Shown here one piece after another: positions 26,872 through 36,010 of a stretch of 54,755 bases of DNA (positions are counted from its first letter, which is position 1; each line of letters opens with the position of its first letter). The position numbers were made by a program, and so were the translations under genes. Origin of the DNA: a virus (taxonomy: Duplodnaviria; Caudoviricetes). The notes beneath the pieces are model-generated. The model ran no database searches and was not told where the DNA came from. It saw only the letters and a program-made list of their open reading frames with translations. The stretch covers positions 1-54,755 of the IMG/VR virus record IMGVR_UViG_3300027022_000012; one strand, given 5' to 3'.

Positions 26872-26946
26872 AGCGGGATAGCGCAGAGGTAGCGCGTCGG
26901 ACTCATAATCCGAAGGTCACGGGTTCAAATCCCGTTCCCGCAACCA
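26872..26946 (+). tRNA. tRNA-Met(CAT), initiator-derived
   Basis: Cloverleaf: TCGGA-CTCATAA-TCCGA anticodon arm, TTCAAAT T-loop, CCCGCAACCA end, unpaired 1:72. Confidence 0.9.
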
Positions 26947-27079
26947 GATCCGGCCGCGGCGACAAGCGCGGTATCACCCCATGGGGAAGAAGTGGAGAAG
27001 GAGCGCTCGCGGGGGCGCGTCTCCGGTCTGCGACGGTTTAGAGCAAGCCCCCGTTAGCAACATCAACAAGGAGAAGACC

Positions 27080-27298
27080 ATGAAAGTCCGCGCAAAGTTT
27101 TATCTCGCCCATCGCGAAGAGCATCCTGAGGGTTTCAACCTGACCTTCCAGCCCGTCACGGGCGGCAGCCCAGAGAACGACGAGTTCTTCAAGTACACCC
27201 CGCATGGTGAGCTGAAGATGGGAACGATCAACCCCGAGGCGGCGATGTCCTTTGAGGTAGGCCAGGAATACTACCTTGACCTGATCAAGGCCGAGTAA
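27080..27298 (+). CDS. Conserved small phage protein
   Basis: VRAKF...EN..FFKYTP.G.L.M...NP.A...F..G.EYYLD; AAGGAG SD. Confidence 0.75.
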   Translation: MKVRAKFYLAHREEHPEGFNLTFQPVTGGSPENDEFFKYTPHGELKMGTINPEAAMSFEVGQEYYLDLIKAE

Positions 27299-27349
27299 GC
27301 AGTTCAGCGGTCCGAAAGGTAAGGGTTGGGGGTTCCCGGCCGCCGCTGC

Positions 27350-27423
27350 TCCCGCTTCGTCTAGCGGAAGGACGTCAGGTCTTGGCCCTGAAAACCGTGG
27401 TTCGAATCCATGAGCGGGAGCCA
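27350..27423 (+). tRNA. tRNA-Gln(TTG)
   Basis: TCCCGCT/AGCGGGA acceptor, TCAGG-TCTTGGC-CCTGA arm, GGTTCGAATCC, G73-CCA. Confidence 0.85.
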
Positions 27424-27445
27424 TTTCGAAAGCAGGAGATGAGAG

Positions 27446-27790
27446 ATGCTTGACGAAGTTTGCGAGACCGGCACAGCCGTGAGCATCATCGCCGCTTCGG
27501 CAAAGCTTCGATCTACCCTGAATCCTCCCAAGATCGGGGAATGGCTTGTCTGTCCGTCCGGACATGTCCTGGCGCAAATGGCAGTGAATAAGCGGACAGG
27601 CTTCAGCGATTGGGCAAAGTACAGCGGTTCGGTCATCACCGTGACGAACGGCCGTCGCGTGATCACCTGCGGCTTCTGTGGGGAGGAGGCGCACAACAGC
27701 GAGCGACCCTTCATCTGCTGGGTTGTCCCAGATCAGGTGGTGAAGAAGGTTCTGGAAGTGTTCCCCCCGCAGTCGGCGCAGGTTTCTTAA
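27446..27790 (+). CDS. Hypothetical protein
   Basis: AGGAG SD; CPSGH and CGFCG motifs. Confidence 0.5.
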   Translation: MLDEVCETGTAVSIIAASAKLRSTLNPPKIGEWLVCPSGHVLAQMAVNKRTGFSDWAKYSGSVITVTNGRRVITCGFCGEEAHNSERPFICWVVPDQVVKKVLEVFPPQSAQVS

Positions 27791-27957
27791 GCGACAATAA
27801 AAGACGCTGCTTTTTGCAGAGATTTTCCCCGCTGTTCTGACCGGCGGGGGCCACGGTGCGCCAACACCGTGAACCGTGAGATCTGACCTCACATGACCGT
27901 CATTGGCCGATAACGGCCATCCCGCCACCCTAGCCAGGGCGGGATCGAGACTATCGA

Positions 27958-28599
27958 ATGGTCATGAAAAAGAGCAATCTCGATATTGAGTACCGCCCGA
28001 TCGATCAGATCAGGCCTTATGAGAAGAACCCGCGGAAGATCCCGCAATCCGCCATCGACAAGGTCGCGGCCAGCCTGAAGGAATTCGGCTGGCGCCAACC
28101 CGTCGTTGTGGATAAGCGCGGGGTCATCGTCGCGGGCCACACCAGATACCTGGCGGCGCAGGCGTTAGAGCTGGAATCAGTTCCGGTCCACGTCGCCAAG
28201 AACCTGACCGCAAAACAGGTCAAGGCCTACCGGATCGCAGACAATCGCATAGGCGAGGAAGCGGAGTGGGATGACGACCTGCTCAAGCTGGAACTGGAAG
28301 ATCTTACCTCGGGCGAGTTCGATATCGGCCTGCTGGGGTTTGAGGAGGTCGAAGCGCTCCAGCTCATGGCCGGCGAGGGCGAAAACGACGTCGAGGCGGA
28401 ATGGCAGGGCATGCCTGAGTTCGAGCAGCCTGACGCCACGGCGTACAGGCAGATCATCGTCAACTTCAAGGACGACGAGGCGGTCGCCGCTTTCGCCAAG
28501 CTGCTCGGCCAGGAGATCACGCCCAAGGCCCGGTCGATCTGGCACCCGGAAGAGGAGATCGCCCGTTACGCGGACAAGACCTATGCCGCTGACGCCTAG
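27958..28599 (+). CDS. ParB/Srx N-terminal domain protein with extra C-terminal domain
   Basis: PYEKNPRK, SLKEFGW.QP.VVD, AGHTR..AA, YRIADNR; C-terminal WQGMPEF...SIWHP. Confidence 0.9.
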   Translation: MVMKKSNLDIEYRPIDQIRPYEKNPRKIPQSAIDKVAASLKEFGWRQPVVVDKRGVIVAGHTRYLAAQALELESVPVHVAKNLTAKQVKAYRIADNRIGEEAEWDDDLLKLELEDLTSGEFDIGLLGFEEVEALQLMAGEGENDVEAEWQGMPEFEQPDATAYRQIIVNFKDDEAVAAFAKLLGQEITPKARSIWHPEEEIARYADKTYAADA

Positions 28600-29551
28600 G
28601 TTTCCGGTCTATATCCCGTCAAAGGGGCGCGCGCGATACATGATGACGTCGCGGGCGCTCTCGAAGATCGGCGTGCACCACACGGTGGTCGTGGAGCCGC
28701 AGGAGGAGGACGCATACCGACGGGCGGCAAAGGGCTTGCTCTGCGATGTCCTCGTCATGGATCTCTCCTACAAGGAGCGCTACGAGCTTTGCGATGATCT
28801 AGGCCTGGCCAAGGGCACAGGGCCGGGACCGGCGCGCAACTTCATCTGGGATCACTCGATCGCCGCGGGCCATGCCTGGCACTGGGTGATGGATGACAAC
28901 CTCGCGAAGTTCTACCGGCTGAACCGGAACATGAAGATCCCCGTTGGGGACGGGACGCCCTTCCACGTCATGGAAGAGTTCACGCTTCGGTACCGGAATA
29001 TCGCCATGGCGGGGCCAGCATACGAAAGCTTCGCCCCAAGAAAGCAGAAGTCGGCGCCTTTCGTGCCGAACACGCGGATCTATTCCTGCAACCTGATCCG
29101 CAACGACATCCCGTTCCGCTGGCGAGGCCGCTACAACGAAGACACTATCCTGTCGCTTGACGTCCTCAAGGAGGGTTGGTGCACGGTGCAGTTCTACGCG
29201 TTCCTGCAGGACAAGATCGAGACCCAGCGGATCAGCGGCGGCAACACCGCAGAGTTCTATCATGCTGAGGGCAGGAAGGAGCGCGGGCAGAAGTATGCAG
29301 TGGGCGGGACGACGGCCAAGTCGCAAATGCTGGTTGACGTCCACCCGGACGTTTCCCGGCTGACTTGGCGCTTCGGCCGTGTGCACCACTATGTGGATTA
29401 CAGGCCCTTCCGGCGGAACAGGCTGGTCAGGCGCGAGGATGTCGAGGTCCAGCCTGGCATCAACGAGTTCGGAATGAAGTTGAAGGTGATCGGCAAGGAC
29501 AATGCCAGCAGCGAAAAACAAGGGCGGTCGACCGCCATCCCTGAAGCCTGA
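28583..29551 (+). CDS. GREB1/TAGT-like GT-A glycosyltransferase
   Basis: PVYIPSKGRA, VVEPQE...Y, GPARNFIWDHS, WVMDDN, NTRIYSCNLI, RYNED..LSL..LK.GWCT, GGNT. Confidence 0.8.
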   Translation: MPLTPRFPVYIPSKGRARYMMTSRALSKIGVHHTVVVEPQEEDAYRRAAKGLLCDVLVMDLSYKERYELCDDLGLAKGTGPGPARNFIWDHSIAAGHAWHWVMDDNLAKFYRLNRNMKIPVGDGTPFHVMEEFTLRYRNIAMAGPAYESFAPRKQKSAPFVPNTRIYSCNLIRNDIPFRWRGRYNEDTILSLDVLKEGWCTVQFYAFLQDKIETQRISGGNTAEFYHAEGRKERGQKYAVGGTTAKSQMLVDVHPDVSRLTWRFGRVHHYVDYRPFRRNRLVRREDVEVQPGINEFGMKLKVIGKDNASSEKQGRSTAIPEA

Positions 29552-29978
29552 CACCAAGACCCTGAAGAACCTCAAAGGGCTCGGCCAGATCCAGGCGACC
29601 ACCAAGGAATGCGCCGCCGTCCTCGGTGTGTCCGAACCGACTTTCATCAAGTTCAAGAAGGACAACCCCCAAGCCGCCGAAGCTTACGAGTTCGGCTTGG
29701 AGGAGGGGAAAGCATCGCTCCGGCGCATGCAGTTCACTGCGGCCCGGAAGGGCAATGCCACGATGCTGGTGTGGCTCGGCAAGCAGCTCCTCGGCCAGCG
29801 AGATCACAGGGATCTTGGCGGTCCGAACGGCGGACCTATCCCGGTCATGGACTTCAGCAAAATCCACGATATGACGGATGAGGAGCTCGACACAGTTGAA
29901 CGTGCACTCGTCAGGCTCGGATTTGCTGTCTCGGATCAGGGCGGAACGCCAGAGGAGGGAGGCCAACCGGAAGGTTGA
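29502..29978 (+). CDS. terS: Terminase small subunit
   Basis: GGRPP, HTH, SLRRMQF..A..GNATMLVWLGKQLLGQ; upstream of terL. Confidence 0.75.
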   Translation: MPAAKNKGGRPPSLKPDTKTLKNLKGLGQIQATTKECAAVLGVSEPTFIKFKKDNPQAAEAYEFGLEEGKASLRRMQFTAARKGNATMLVWLGKQLLGQRDHRDLGGPNGGPIPVMDFSKIHDMTDEELDTVERALVRLGFAVSDQGGTPEEGGQPEG

Positions 29979-31539
29979 GGACGAGGCGCAGTCTGCCGGC
30001 GTCTCTCTTTCCAGCTACATCAAGGCGGGCTGGCACGTACTGGAGCCAGCGGCCATCTACAAGCACGGATGGCACATCGACGCCATTGCGGACCACCTCA
30101 AGGCGATCACAGACGGGTTTCTGCGGCGCCTGATCATCAACGTCCCGCCAGGCACGATGAAGTCCCTGACGGTAGGGGTGTTTTGGCCGACGTGGGAGTG
30201 GGGCCCGCTCAACATGCCCCACCTGCGCACCATCGCGACATCGTACAAGGAAGCGCTGGCGAAGCGCGACAACATCAAGTCCAGGCGCTTGGTCCAGTCC
30301 CGTTGGTACCGGGACCGGTGGGGAGGAAACTTCTCCCTCATGCCCGACCAGAACTCGACGTTGAAGTTCGAGAACGACAAGACCGGCTTCCGCGCGGCTA
30401 TGGCCTTCAAGTCCCTGACCGGTGAGCGCGGCAACCGTGTGGTGATCGACGATCCGCTATCGGTGGACATGGCGAAGTCGGACGCCGAGCGCATGGCGGC
30501 GAAGGAAACGTTCCTTGAGGCGGTGCCAAGCCGTCTCGCCGATCCGGCCGTAGACGCCATCGTAATGGTGATGCAGCGGCTTCACGAGGATGACACGACC
30601 GGTGTCGCGCTGGCGAAGAACCTCAGCTACGAGCACGTGATGCTGCCGATGGAATACGAGCCTGAGCGTCGCTGCTACACAATCGTGAAGCCGTCCTTCT
30701 GGGATGCCAAGCCGATCCGCGCCCGGTACGACGCTGAAAAGCAGACCTGGTACAAGACAGGTGAGGAGATCCCAGAGAACCGCCAGGAGTTCGTCGAAAG
30801 GGCACCGGTCAAGACCGTCTATCCGCAGGACATCCGGACCGTGGATGGCGAATTGCTGTTCGAGGACCGTTTCCCCAAGGAAGTCGTCGAGTCTGACAAG
30901 ATCTCACTCGGCTCCATGGGACACGCCGGGCAGAACCAGCAGCGTCCGGCCCCCCGTGAAGGCGGGATGTTCAAGCGATCGGACTTCAAGATCGTCAAGG
31001 CTATCCCGGCCGGGACGCAATTCGTCCGCGGCTGGGACTTCGCTGCGAGTGAGGACGACCCAACCCGGGCCCGGACTGCTGGCGTGAAGATCGGCCGCTA
31101 TCCGGACGGCAGGTTCGTGATTGCTCATTGCGTCGCGGAGTGGCTGACCCCGGCAAAGGTTCGCACCACGGTCAAGAACACCGCCGAGCAGGACGACTTC
31201 GTCGGTGACCGCTGCCGCATCTCCTTGCCGCAGGATCCAGGCCAGGCCGGGAAGGATCAGGCCGAGCAATACATCACGATGCTGGCCGGGCACGTCGCCG
31301 TGGCGTCCTCGGAAAGCGGGGACAAGGTGACCCGGGCCGAACCGCTCTCCGCTCAATGTGAGGCGGGGAACGTCGATATGCTCCTTGGGAGCTGGAATGA
31401 AGACTTTCTGGACGAGGTGACGATGTTCCCGAATGCCAAACTCAAGGACATCGTCGACGCAGCCTCACGGGCGTTCAACGAGTTGGCCCACCCCACGGCG
31501 CGGGCCGCCATGATCCTGAAGAAGAAGCACCGCTCATGA
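29878..31539 (+). CDS. terL: Terminase large subunit (exact start uncertain)
   Basis: INVPPGTMKS Walker A, VIDDP, MQRLHEDD, GWDFAAS, PQDPGQAGK, DIVDA. Confidence 0.93.
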   Translation: MRSSTQLNVHSSGSDLLSRIRAERQRREANRKVEDEAQSAGVSLSSYIKAGWHVLEPAAIYKHGWHIDAIADHLKAITDGFLRRLIINVPPGTMKSLTVGVFWPTWEWGPLNMPHLRTIATSYKEALAKRDNIKSRRLVQSRWYRDRWGGNFSLMPDQNSTLKFENDKTGFRAAMAFKSLTGERGNRVVIDDPLSVDMAKSDAERMAAKETFLEAVPSRLADPAVDAIVMVMQRLHEDDTTGVALAKNLSYEHVMLPMEYEPERRCYTIVKPSFWDAKPIRARYDAEKQTWYKTGEEIPENRQEFVERAPVKTVYPQDIRTVDGELLFEDRFPKEVVESDKISLGSMGHAGQNQQRPAPREGGMFKRSDFKIVKAIPAGTQFVRGWDFAASEDDPTRARTAGVKIGRYPDGRFVIAHCVAEWLTPAKVRTTVKNTAEQDDFVGDRCRISLPQDPGQAGKDQAEQYITMLAGHVAVASSESGDKVTRAEPLSAQCEAGNVDMLLGSWNEDFLDEVTMFPNAKLKDIVDAASRAFNELAHPTARAAMILKKKHRS

Positions 31540-32885
31540 GGCTCCTGAACCTGATCGCCAACATTGCACAGCGGCGGCTCGACCAGATGTTTCCGGGCTA
31601 TTTCCCGGGCATCAAGCACAATCACTACGGTGACTTCGGATATCCGGAAAAGCTGGATTTCAACCAGTGCTTCGACATGTACAACCGCAATGGCTTTGCC
31701 AGCGCTGGTGTCGAAAAGACCATCACCAAGACCTGGCAGGATTATCCATTCCTGCTGGAGAGCGAAGGTGACGACGACGAAACCAAGCTTGAGCTTGAAA
31801 TCCGTCAACGCTTCGGCGATCTGCGCCTGTGGCAGAAGTTGGTAGAGGCGGATCGCCGCTCTTTGGTCGGCTGCTACAGCGGTGTCATCCTGCGCTTTGC
31901 GGACAGCAGGCGGTTCGAGGAGCCCGTCGAGCGGGTTCCGGGTGGGCTCGAAGGTCTTGTTGAGGTCATTCCAGCATGGGAGGGACAGCTTGAGGTTGCC
32001 TCGTGGGATACCGACGAGACGTCGGAGACCTATGGTCAGCCCAAGATGTTCAACTTCAACGAATCCAACGTTGAAGACCAGAGCAAGCAGCCTCGTCAGT
32101 TCCAGCTTCACCCCGACCGTGTTGTCGTCTGGTCTCGTGACGGGACGGTTCACAACCGGTCTTTCCTGTCGCCAGGCTTTAACGACCTGATCACCTTGGA
32201 GAAGATCAACGGGGCAGGGGGTGAGGGCTTCTGGAAGAACGCGAAGTCGGCTCCTGTGCTTGAGGTCGATAAGGAGGCCAGTTTGGAGCAGATGGCGAAG
32301 GCCATGGGCGTGCCGGTCAACGAGATCGCGGACAAGATGGATGATCAGGTCGCAGATTGGCAGAAGGGTTTCGACCAACTGCTGATGCTCCAGGGCATCC
32401 AGGCCAAGACCTTACCAATCACCATGCCGTCGCCCGAACACTTCTTCGCTGGTCCCCTGCAGGCTTTTGCTGCCTCTATCAATATCCCGGTCAAGATCCT
32501 TGTCGGGATGCAAACGGGGGAACGGGCCAGCACGGAAGATGCCAACGAATGGGCCCAGACCAACATGGGTCGGCGGAACGACAGCGTGATCCCCAACATC
32601 ATGGCGGTGGTGGACCGGCTGGAGCAAGTAGGCATCCTGCCTGAGCGGGACTGGCATCTGGACTGGACGGATCTGACCGAGGCCAGCATGGGCGAGAAGG
32701 TCGATCGCGTCGGCAAGATGGCCGATACCAATCAGAAAATGAAAGACACCGGGGAATGGGTGTTCACCCCGGAAGAAATGCGCGCGGCCGTCGATATGGA
32801 GCCGCTGAGCGATGCGGAGAAGTATCGCGAAGATCCAGACGACGAGGCCGACGACCTCGACATGACGCCGCCGGAAGGCAAATAG
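31536..32885 (+). CDS. Portal protein (DUF1073-type)
   Basis: Follows terL; 449 aa; HPDRV, IP.KILVGMQTGERAS.ED. Confidence 0.85.
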   Translation: MRLLNLIANIAQRRLDQMFPGYFPGIKHNHYGDFGYPEKLDFNQCFDMYNRNGFASAGVEKTITKTWQDYPFLLESEGDDDETKLELEIRQRFGDLRLWQKLVEADRRSLVGCYSGVILRFADSRRFEEPVERVPGGLEGLVEVIPAWEGQLEVASWDTDETSETYGQPKMFNFNESNVEDQSKQPRQFQLHPDRVVVWSRDGTVHNRSFLSPGFNDLITLEKINGAGGEGFWKNAKSAPVLEVDKEASLEQMAKAMGVPVNEIADKMDDQVADWQKGFDQLLMLQGIQAKTLPITMPSPEHFFAGPLQAFAASINIPVKILVGMQTGERASTEDANEWAQTNMGRRNDSVIPNIMAVVDRLEQVGILPERDWHLDWTDLTEASMGEKVDRVGKMADTNQKMKDTGEWVFTPEEMRAAVDMEPLSDAEKYREDPDDEADDLDMTPPEGK

Positions 32886-32914
32886 GCGCCCCTCAAACCA
32901 TTGGAGAACCTGTG

Positions 32915-34039
32915 ATGCCGAAACAGGTGCGGGTCAACATCCGCACGCTGGCGAATATGTCTGGCGTGCGCAAGGAGAAGCGGAACGGACGGGATGTCAT
33001 TATCGTTCCGTCGGCGACCCTTCCCGACAACATCGTGATGAACGAGATCCGGTATCCGGCGGATGAGATTGCCAAGTCATTCTCCAGCCTGGACCGCACG
33101 CCGGCACCTCTCGGCCACCCCTCTATCAACGGCATGTTCGTCTCCGCCCGTGACCCGGAAGGCATCAATCTTGGCTGGATCGGGGCCTGGAACGAAAACG
33201 TGCGCCAGGTGGGCGGCCGAGTTCTGCTCGACAAGGTGATCGATATCGAGCGCGCCGGGCAGTCCGAAGGTGGAAAGCGGGTTCTGGATGCCATCGAAAA
33301 AGGCGACCCCATCCATACCTCTACCGGCCTTCTCTGCTTCCTCGAAGCCGCCAACGGCGAGGTCGATTACAAGTTCACGGCGCGCGAAATGGAATTCGAT
33401 CACGACGCAATCCTGCTCGATCAGGACGGCGCGGCCACCCCGGATCAGGGCGTGGGAATGATGGTCAATTCCGAAGGCGAACAAACCCAGATCGACGTCA
33501 TTAACTCGTTCCTCGAAGACGCGGACCGGGAAATGGATTGGGCGGTGGAAAGCATCGTCCGAGCTGCAGAGCGGAAGCACAAGGCTACTGCGATGGAGCG
33601 AATGAAGACCCGAATATTGGAGGCCATTGGTCTTTCCGAGCGGGAAACATCTGCAAACACCACGGAGAAAGCAGACATGGCTGATGAAAAGCAGCTTAAC
33701 GAGCTTTCCGCGAAGGTCGACACCCTCTCGGAAAGCATCGGCAAGATCGGGGAGACCATCGGTGAGGCCGTTGGCAACGCGATCAAGCCGCTGGTCGACG
33801 CTCAGAACGAGATCGTCGCCAACCAGAAGGCCAAGGACGATGCCGAGCTCTCGGAGCTTCAGGATAAGATCGTCAAGGCCAACCTGATGGACGAGGCCGG
33901 GGCAAAGGAACTGACCCTGAACGCCGCCCGCCAGCTTGCCAAGAAGGCAGAGCCGGGCAGGGCGGCCCCTCTCAACGGCGCTTTCAAGGGCACGGGCGAT
34001 GACAAGCCCGCCTACAAGCTGCCCAAGGCGGAGGGCTAA
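32915..34039 (+). CDS. Head maturation protease/scaffold (DUF2213-like)
   Basis: PLGHP, STGL, DHDAILL...GAATP.QGVG; coiled C-terminal scaffold. Confidence 0.75.
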   Translation: MPKQVRVNIRTLANMSGVRKEKRNGRDVIIVPSATLPDNIVMNEIRYPADEIAKSFSSLDRTPAPLGHPSINGMFVSARDPEGINLGWIGAWNENVRQVGGRVLLDKVIDIERAGQSEGGKRVLDAIEKGDPIHTSTGLLCFLEAANGEVDYKFTAREMEFDHDAILLDQDGAATPDQGVGMMVNSEGEQTQIDVINSFLEDADREMDWAVESIVRAAERKHKATAMERMKTRILEAIGLSERETSANTTEKADMADEKQLNELSAKVDTLSESIGKIGETIGEAVGNAIKPLVDAQNEIVANQKAKDDAELSELQDKIVKANLMDEAGAKELTLNAARQLAKKAEPGRAAPLNGAFKGTGDDKPAYKLPKAEG

Positions 34040-34042
34040 CCT

Positions 34043-34501
34043 ATGGCGCGTTTCAACAAGATCGTCCTCGGCCCGCCGAACAAGAACTGCCCGCAGGTCC
34101 GTGAGGCCATCGCGAGCGTTGCTCTCAAACCTGGCCGGCTTGCCGTTCTGTCCTCTGGCGAGTTCGCGCTCGCCGGCGCAGCGACCGTCGGTAAGGTCTG
34201 GCTGATCCAGGACAACTATCTGGCGATGAAGACCGTCGATGATGACTGGGATGCTGCTGACACCGCGATCGGTGTCGAGATGCACGAGGACTTCATCTAT
34301 GCCGCCCGCATCGCGAACGGCGTCAACATCACCGCTGTCGGCACACCGCTGACCCCGGGAGCGAATGGCACCCTCGCCATCGCGAGCACGTCGGATCTGA
34401 TCGTCGCCTACGCCGATGAGATCTACAACAACGACTCCGGCTCTGAGCAGCTTCTGAAGATCCGCCCGGCGGGTTCGGAAAGCTACCTCTCGGCCGCGTA
34501 A
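34043..34501 (+). CDS. Capsid decoration protein
   Basis: 152 aa beta-rich ORF between protease and capsid. Confidence 0.65.
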   Translation: MARFNKIVLGPPNKNCPQVREAIASVALKPGRLAVLSSGEFALAGAATVGKVWLIQDNYLAMKTVDDDWDAADTAIGVEMHEDFIYAARIANGVNITAVGTPLTPGANGTLAIASTSDLIVAYADEIYNNDSGSEQLLKIRPAGSESYLSAA

Positions 34502-34516
34502 CTGGAGACTAGCGAT

Positions 34517-35584
34517 ATGCGCTATTTTGACGAACAGCTGGTCGCCAACTCGCGGCCGCACGCGGCGTGGTGGGCCGAGGTCTCGCTTGCCCGGGAGCAC
34601 TTCCACCGTTCCGAGGACGCCCACGCGTCCCTGCAGAACGAGCTTATGGGTAACGCCGCATCGATTCTTCCCCGGGACGCATGGCTCGATCTTGACGGCA
34701 TCACCCGGCGCGTCATGCGGGCGGATGAAGGCCAGGCTTGGATGATGGACTTGATGCCTTTGGCGAAACCGGTCCACATCGGCAAGCTCGTCCACATGAA
34801 CCGCGTCTCCTCGGATGCCGGTTCCGTGACTCGGTCGATCTCCGGCCAGGTCCCGACCACCATGGACAAGGTGATCTATGACTATCGGGGCACCCCGGTT
34901 CCGATCTTCGCCACCGGATACGGCCGGGAATGGCGGGAATGGAATACCCTGCAGAGCGAAAACTTCGACGCGCTCTCCGACGATCAGGAAGCCCACACGG
35001 CCAAGATCCGCCGGGACCAAGCGCTGTATTGCTTGGATGGTGATACCAGCATCGTCTTCCAAGGCTACACTGCTTACGGCGTTCGCAACCACCCGCTGTC
35101 GAAATCCATCAATCTGGGCGACGGCGCACTCGGTGCGGACATCGACCTGACCGCGACGGCAACGACCTCGGATGCGATCGATCAGTTCATCACGCAGACG
35201 CTCGGCGCCATGCTTGACGCCAACTACATCACGGGCAAGGTCAACCTCTACATCTCGCCCGAGATGGCCCGGAACTGGGACCGCTCCTACTCCGGGTCTG
35301 CCGGCTTCAAGGGTGGTACTCTGATGGCCTATCTGCTGACCAATCGGCGTATCAACAAGATCGAGGTCAGTTACGAACTCAGCGGCAACGAGTTCTTTGG
35401 TTTCGTCCCCAACGCGGAATATATCCGGCCGCTGATCGGCATGGCCGTCAACACCACGGCGATGACCAGGCTCAACCCCACGGACAACTACAACTTCCTG
35501 ATGATGGGTGCCATGGGTCTGGAAATCAGGGCCGATTACAACAACCGGACCGGGGTCTTCTACTCCGTGGTCGTCAACGCTTAA
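34517..35584 (+). CDS. Major capsid protein
   Basis: 355 aa, strong SD, P.PIF..GYGREWRE motif, followed by terminator. Confidence 0.88.
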   Translation: MRYFDEQLVANSRPHAAWWAEVSLAREHFHRSEDAHASLQNELMGNAASILPRDAWLDLDGITRRVMRADEGQAWMMDLMPLAKPVHIGKLVHMNRVSSDAGSVTRSISGQVPTTMDKVIYDYRGTPVPIFATGYGREWREWNTLQSENFDALSDDQEAHTAKIRRDQALYCLDGDTSIVFQGYTAYGVRNHPLSKSINLGDGALGADIDLTATATTSDAIDQFITQTLGAMLDANYITGKVNLYISPEMARNWDRSYSGSAGFKGGTLMAYLLTNRRINKIEVSYELSGNEFFGFVPNAEYIRPLIGMAVNTTAMTRLNPTDNYNFLMMGAMGLEIRADYNNRTGVFYSVVVNA

Positions 35585-35613
35585 GCCCTCAAATCGGACA
35601 GGTGACTTACATG

Positions 35614-35642
35614 ACGGACCGGGCGCTGTCCCGGCCCGTTTT
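35614..35642 (+). terminator. Intrinsic terminator after capsid gene
   Basis: ACGGACCGGG/CCCGGCCCGT stem plus T tract. Confidence 0.55.
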
Positions 35643-35674
35643 GTGATGGCATCTGAAACAGAAAGGTTGATCCA

Positions 35675-36007
35675 ATGCGCATCAAGATCATGAAGCCCGG
35701 CATCTATGGTGCAGACGGTGAAATCGCTGTGGGCGAGGAGTTCACGGTCAAGTCGCTCCCGAAAGCATGGGAAGGCAAGGTGCAGGTTATCTCCGGCAAC
35801 ACCGAAGGCAAGACCGCTGTCGTCAACCCGGCTGACAAGCCCGATCCCGTTGCCCCCTTCAAGGCGGAAGACGCCGGAAGTGGCTGGTGGGTTATCAAGG
35901 ACGCCAACGGCCAAGAAGTCGGCAAGAAGATGCGGGCCGCCGATGCTGCCGCCTTCAATGAGCTGTCCGACAAGGACAAGGCCGAGTTCATCAAGACCGA
36001 GGGCTAA
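35675..36007 (+). CDS. Hypothetical virion-associated protein
   Basis: SD, position after capsid. Confidence 0.6.
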   Translation: MRIKIMKPGIYGADGEIAVGEEFTVKSLPKAWEGKVQVISGNTEGKTAVVNPADKPDPVAPFKAEDAGSGWWVIKDANGQEVGKKMRAADAAAFNELSDKDKAEFIKTEG

Positions 36008-36010
36008 GCC

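Noticed and set aside
31536-32885. Possible anti-CBASS Acb1 label sometimes given to DUF1073 proteins
   Set aside because: Position and size fit a portal protein; no separate 2H-phosphodiesterase domain with paired HxT motifs is evident
33077-35914. 945-aa minus-strand ORF, and similar long antisense ORFs such as 6483-7907, 18812-20113 and 38704-39927
   Set aside because: Antisense shadows of well-supported genes in GC-rich, codon-biased DNA; no recognisable motifs
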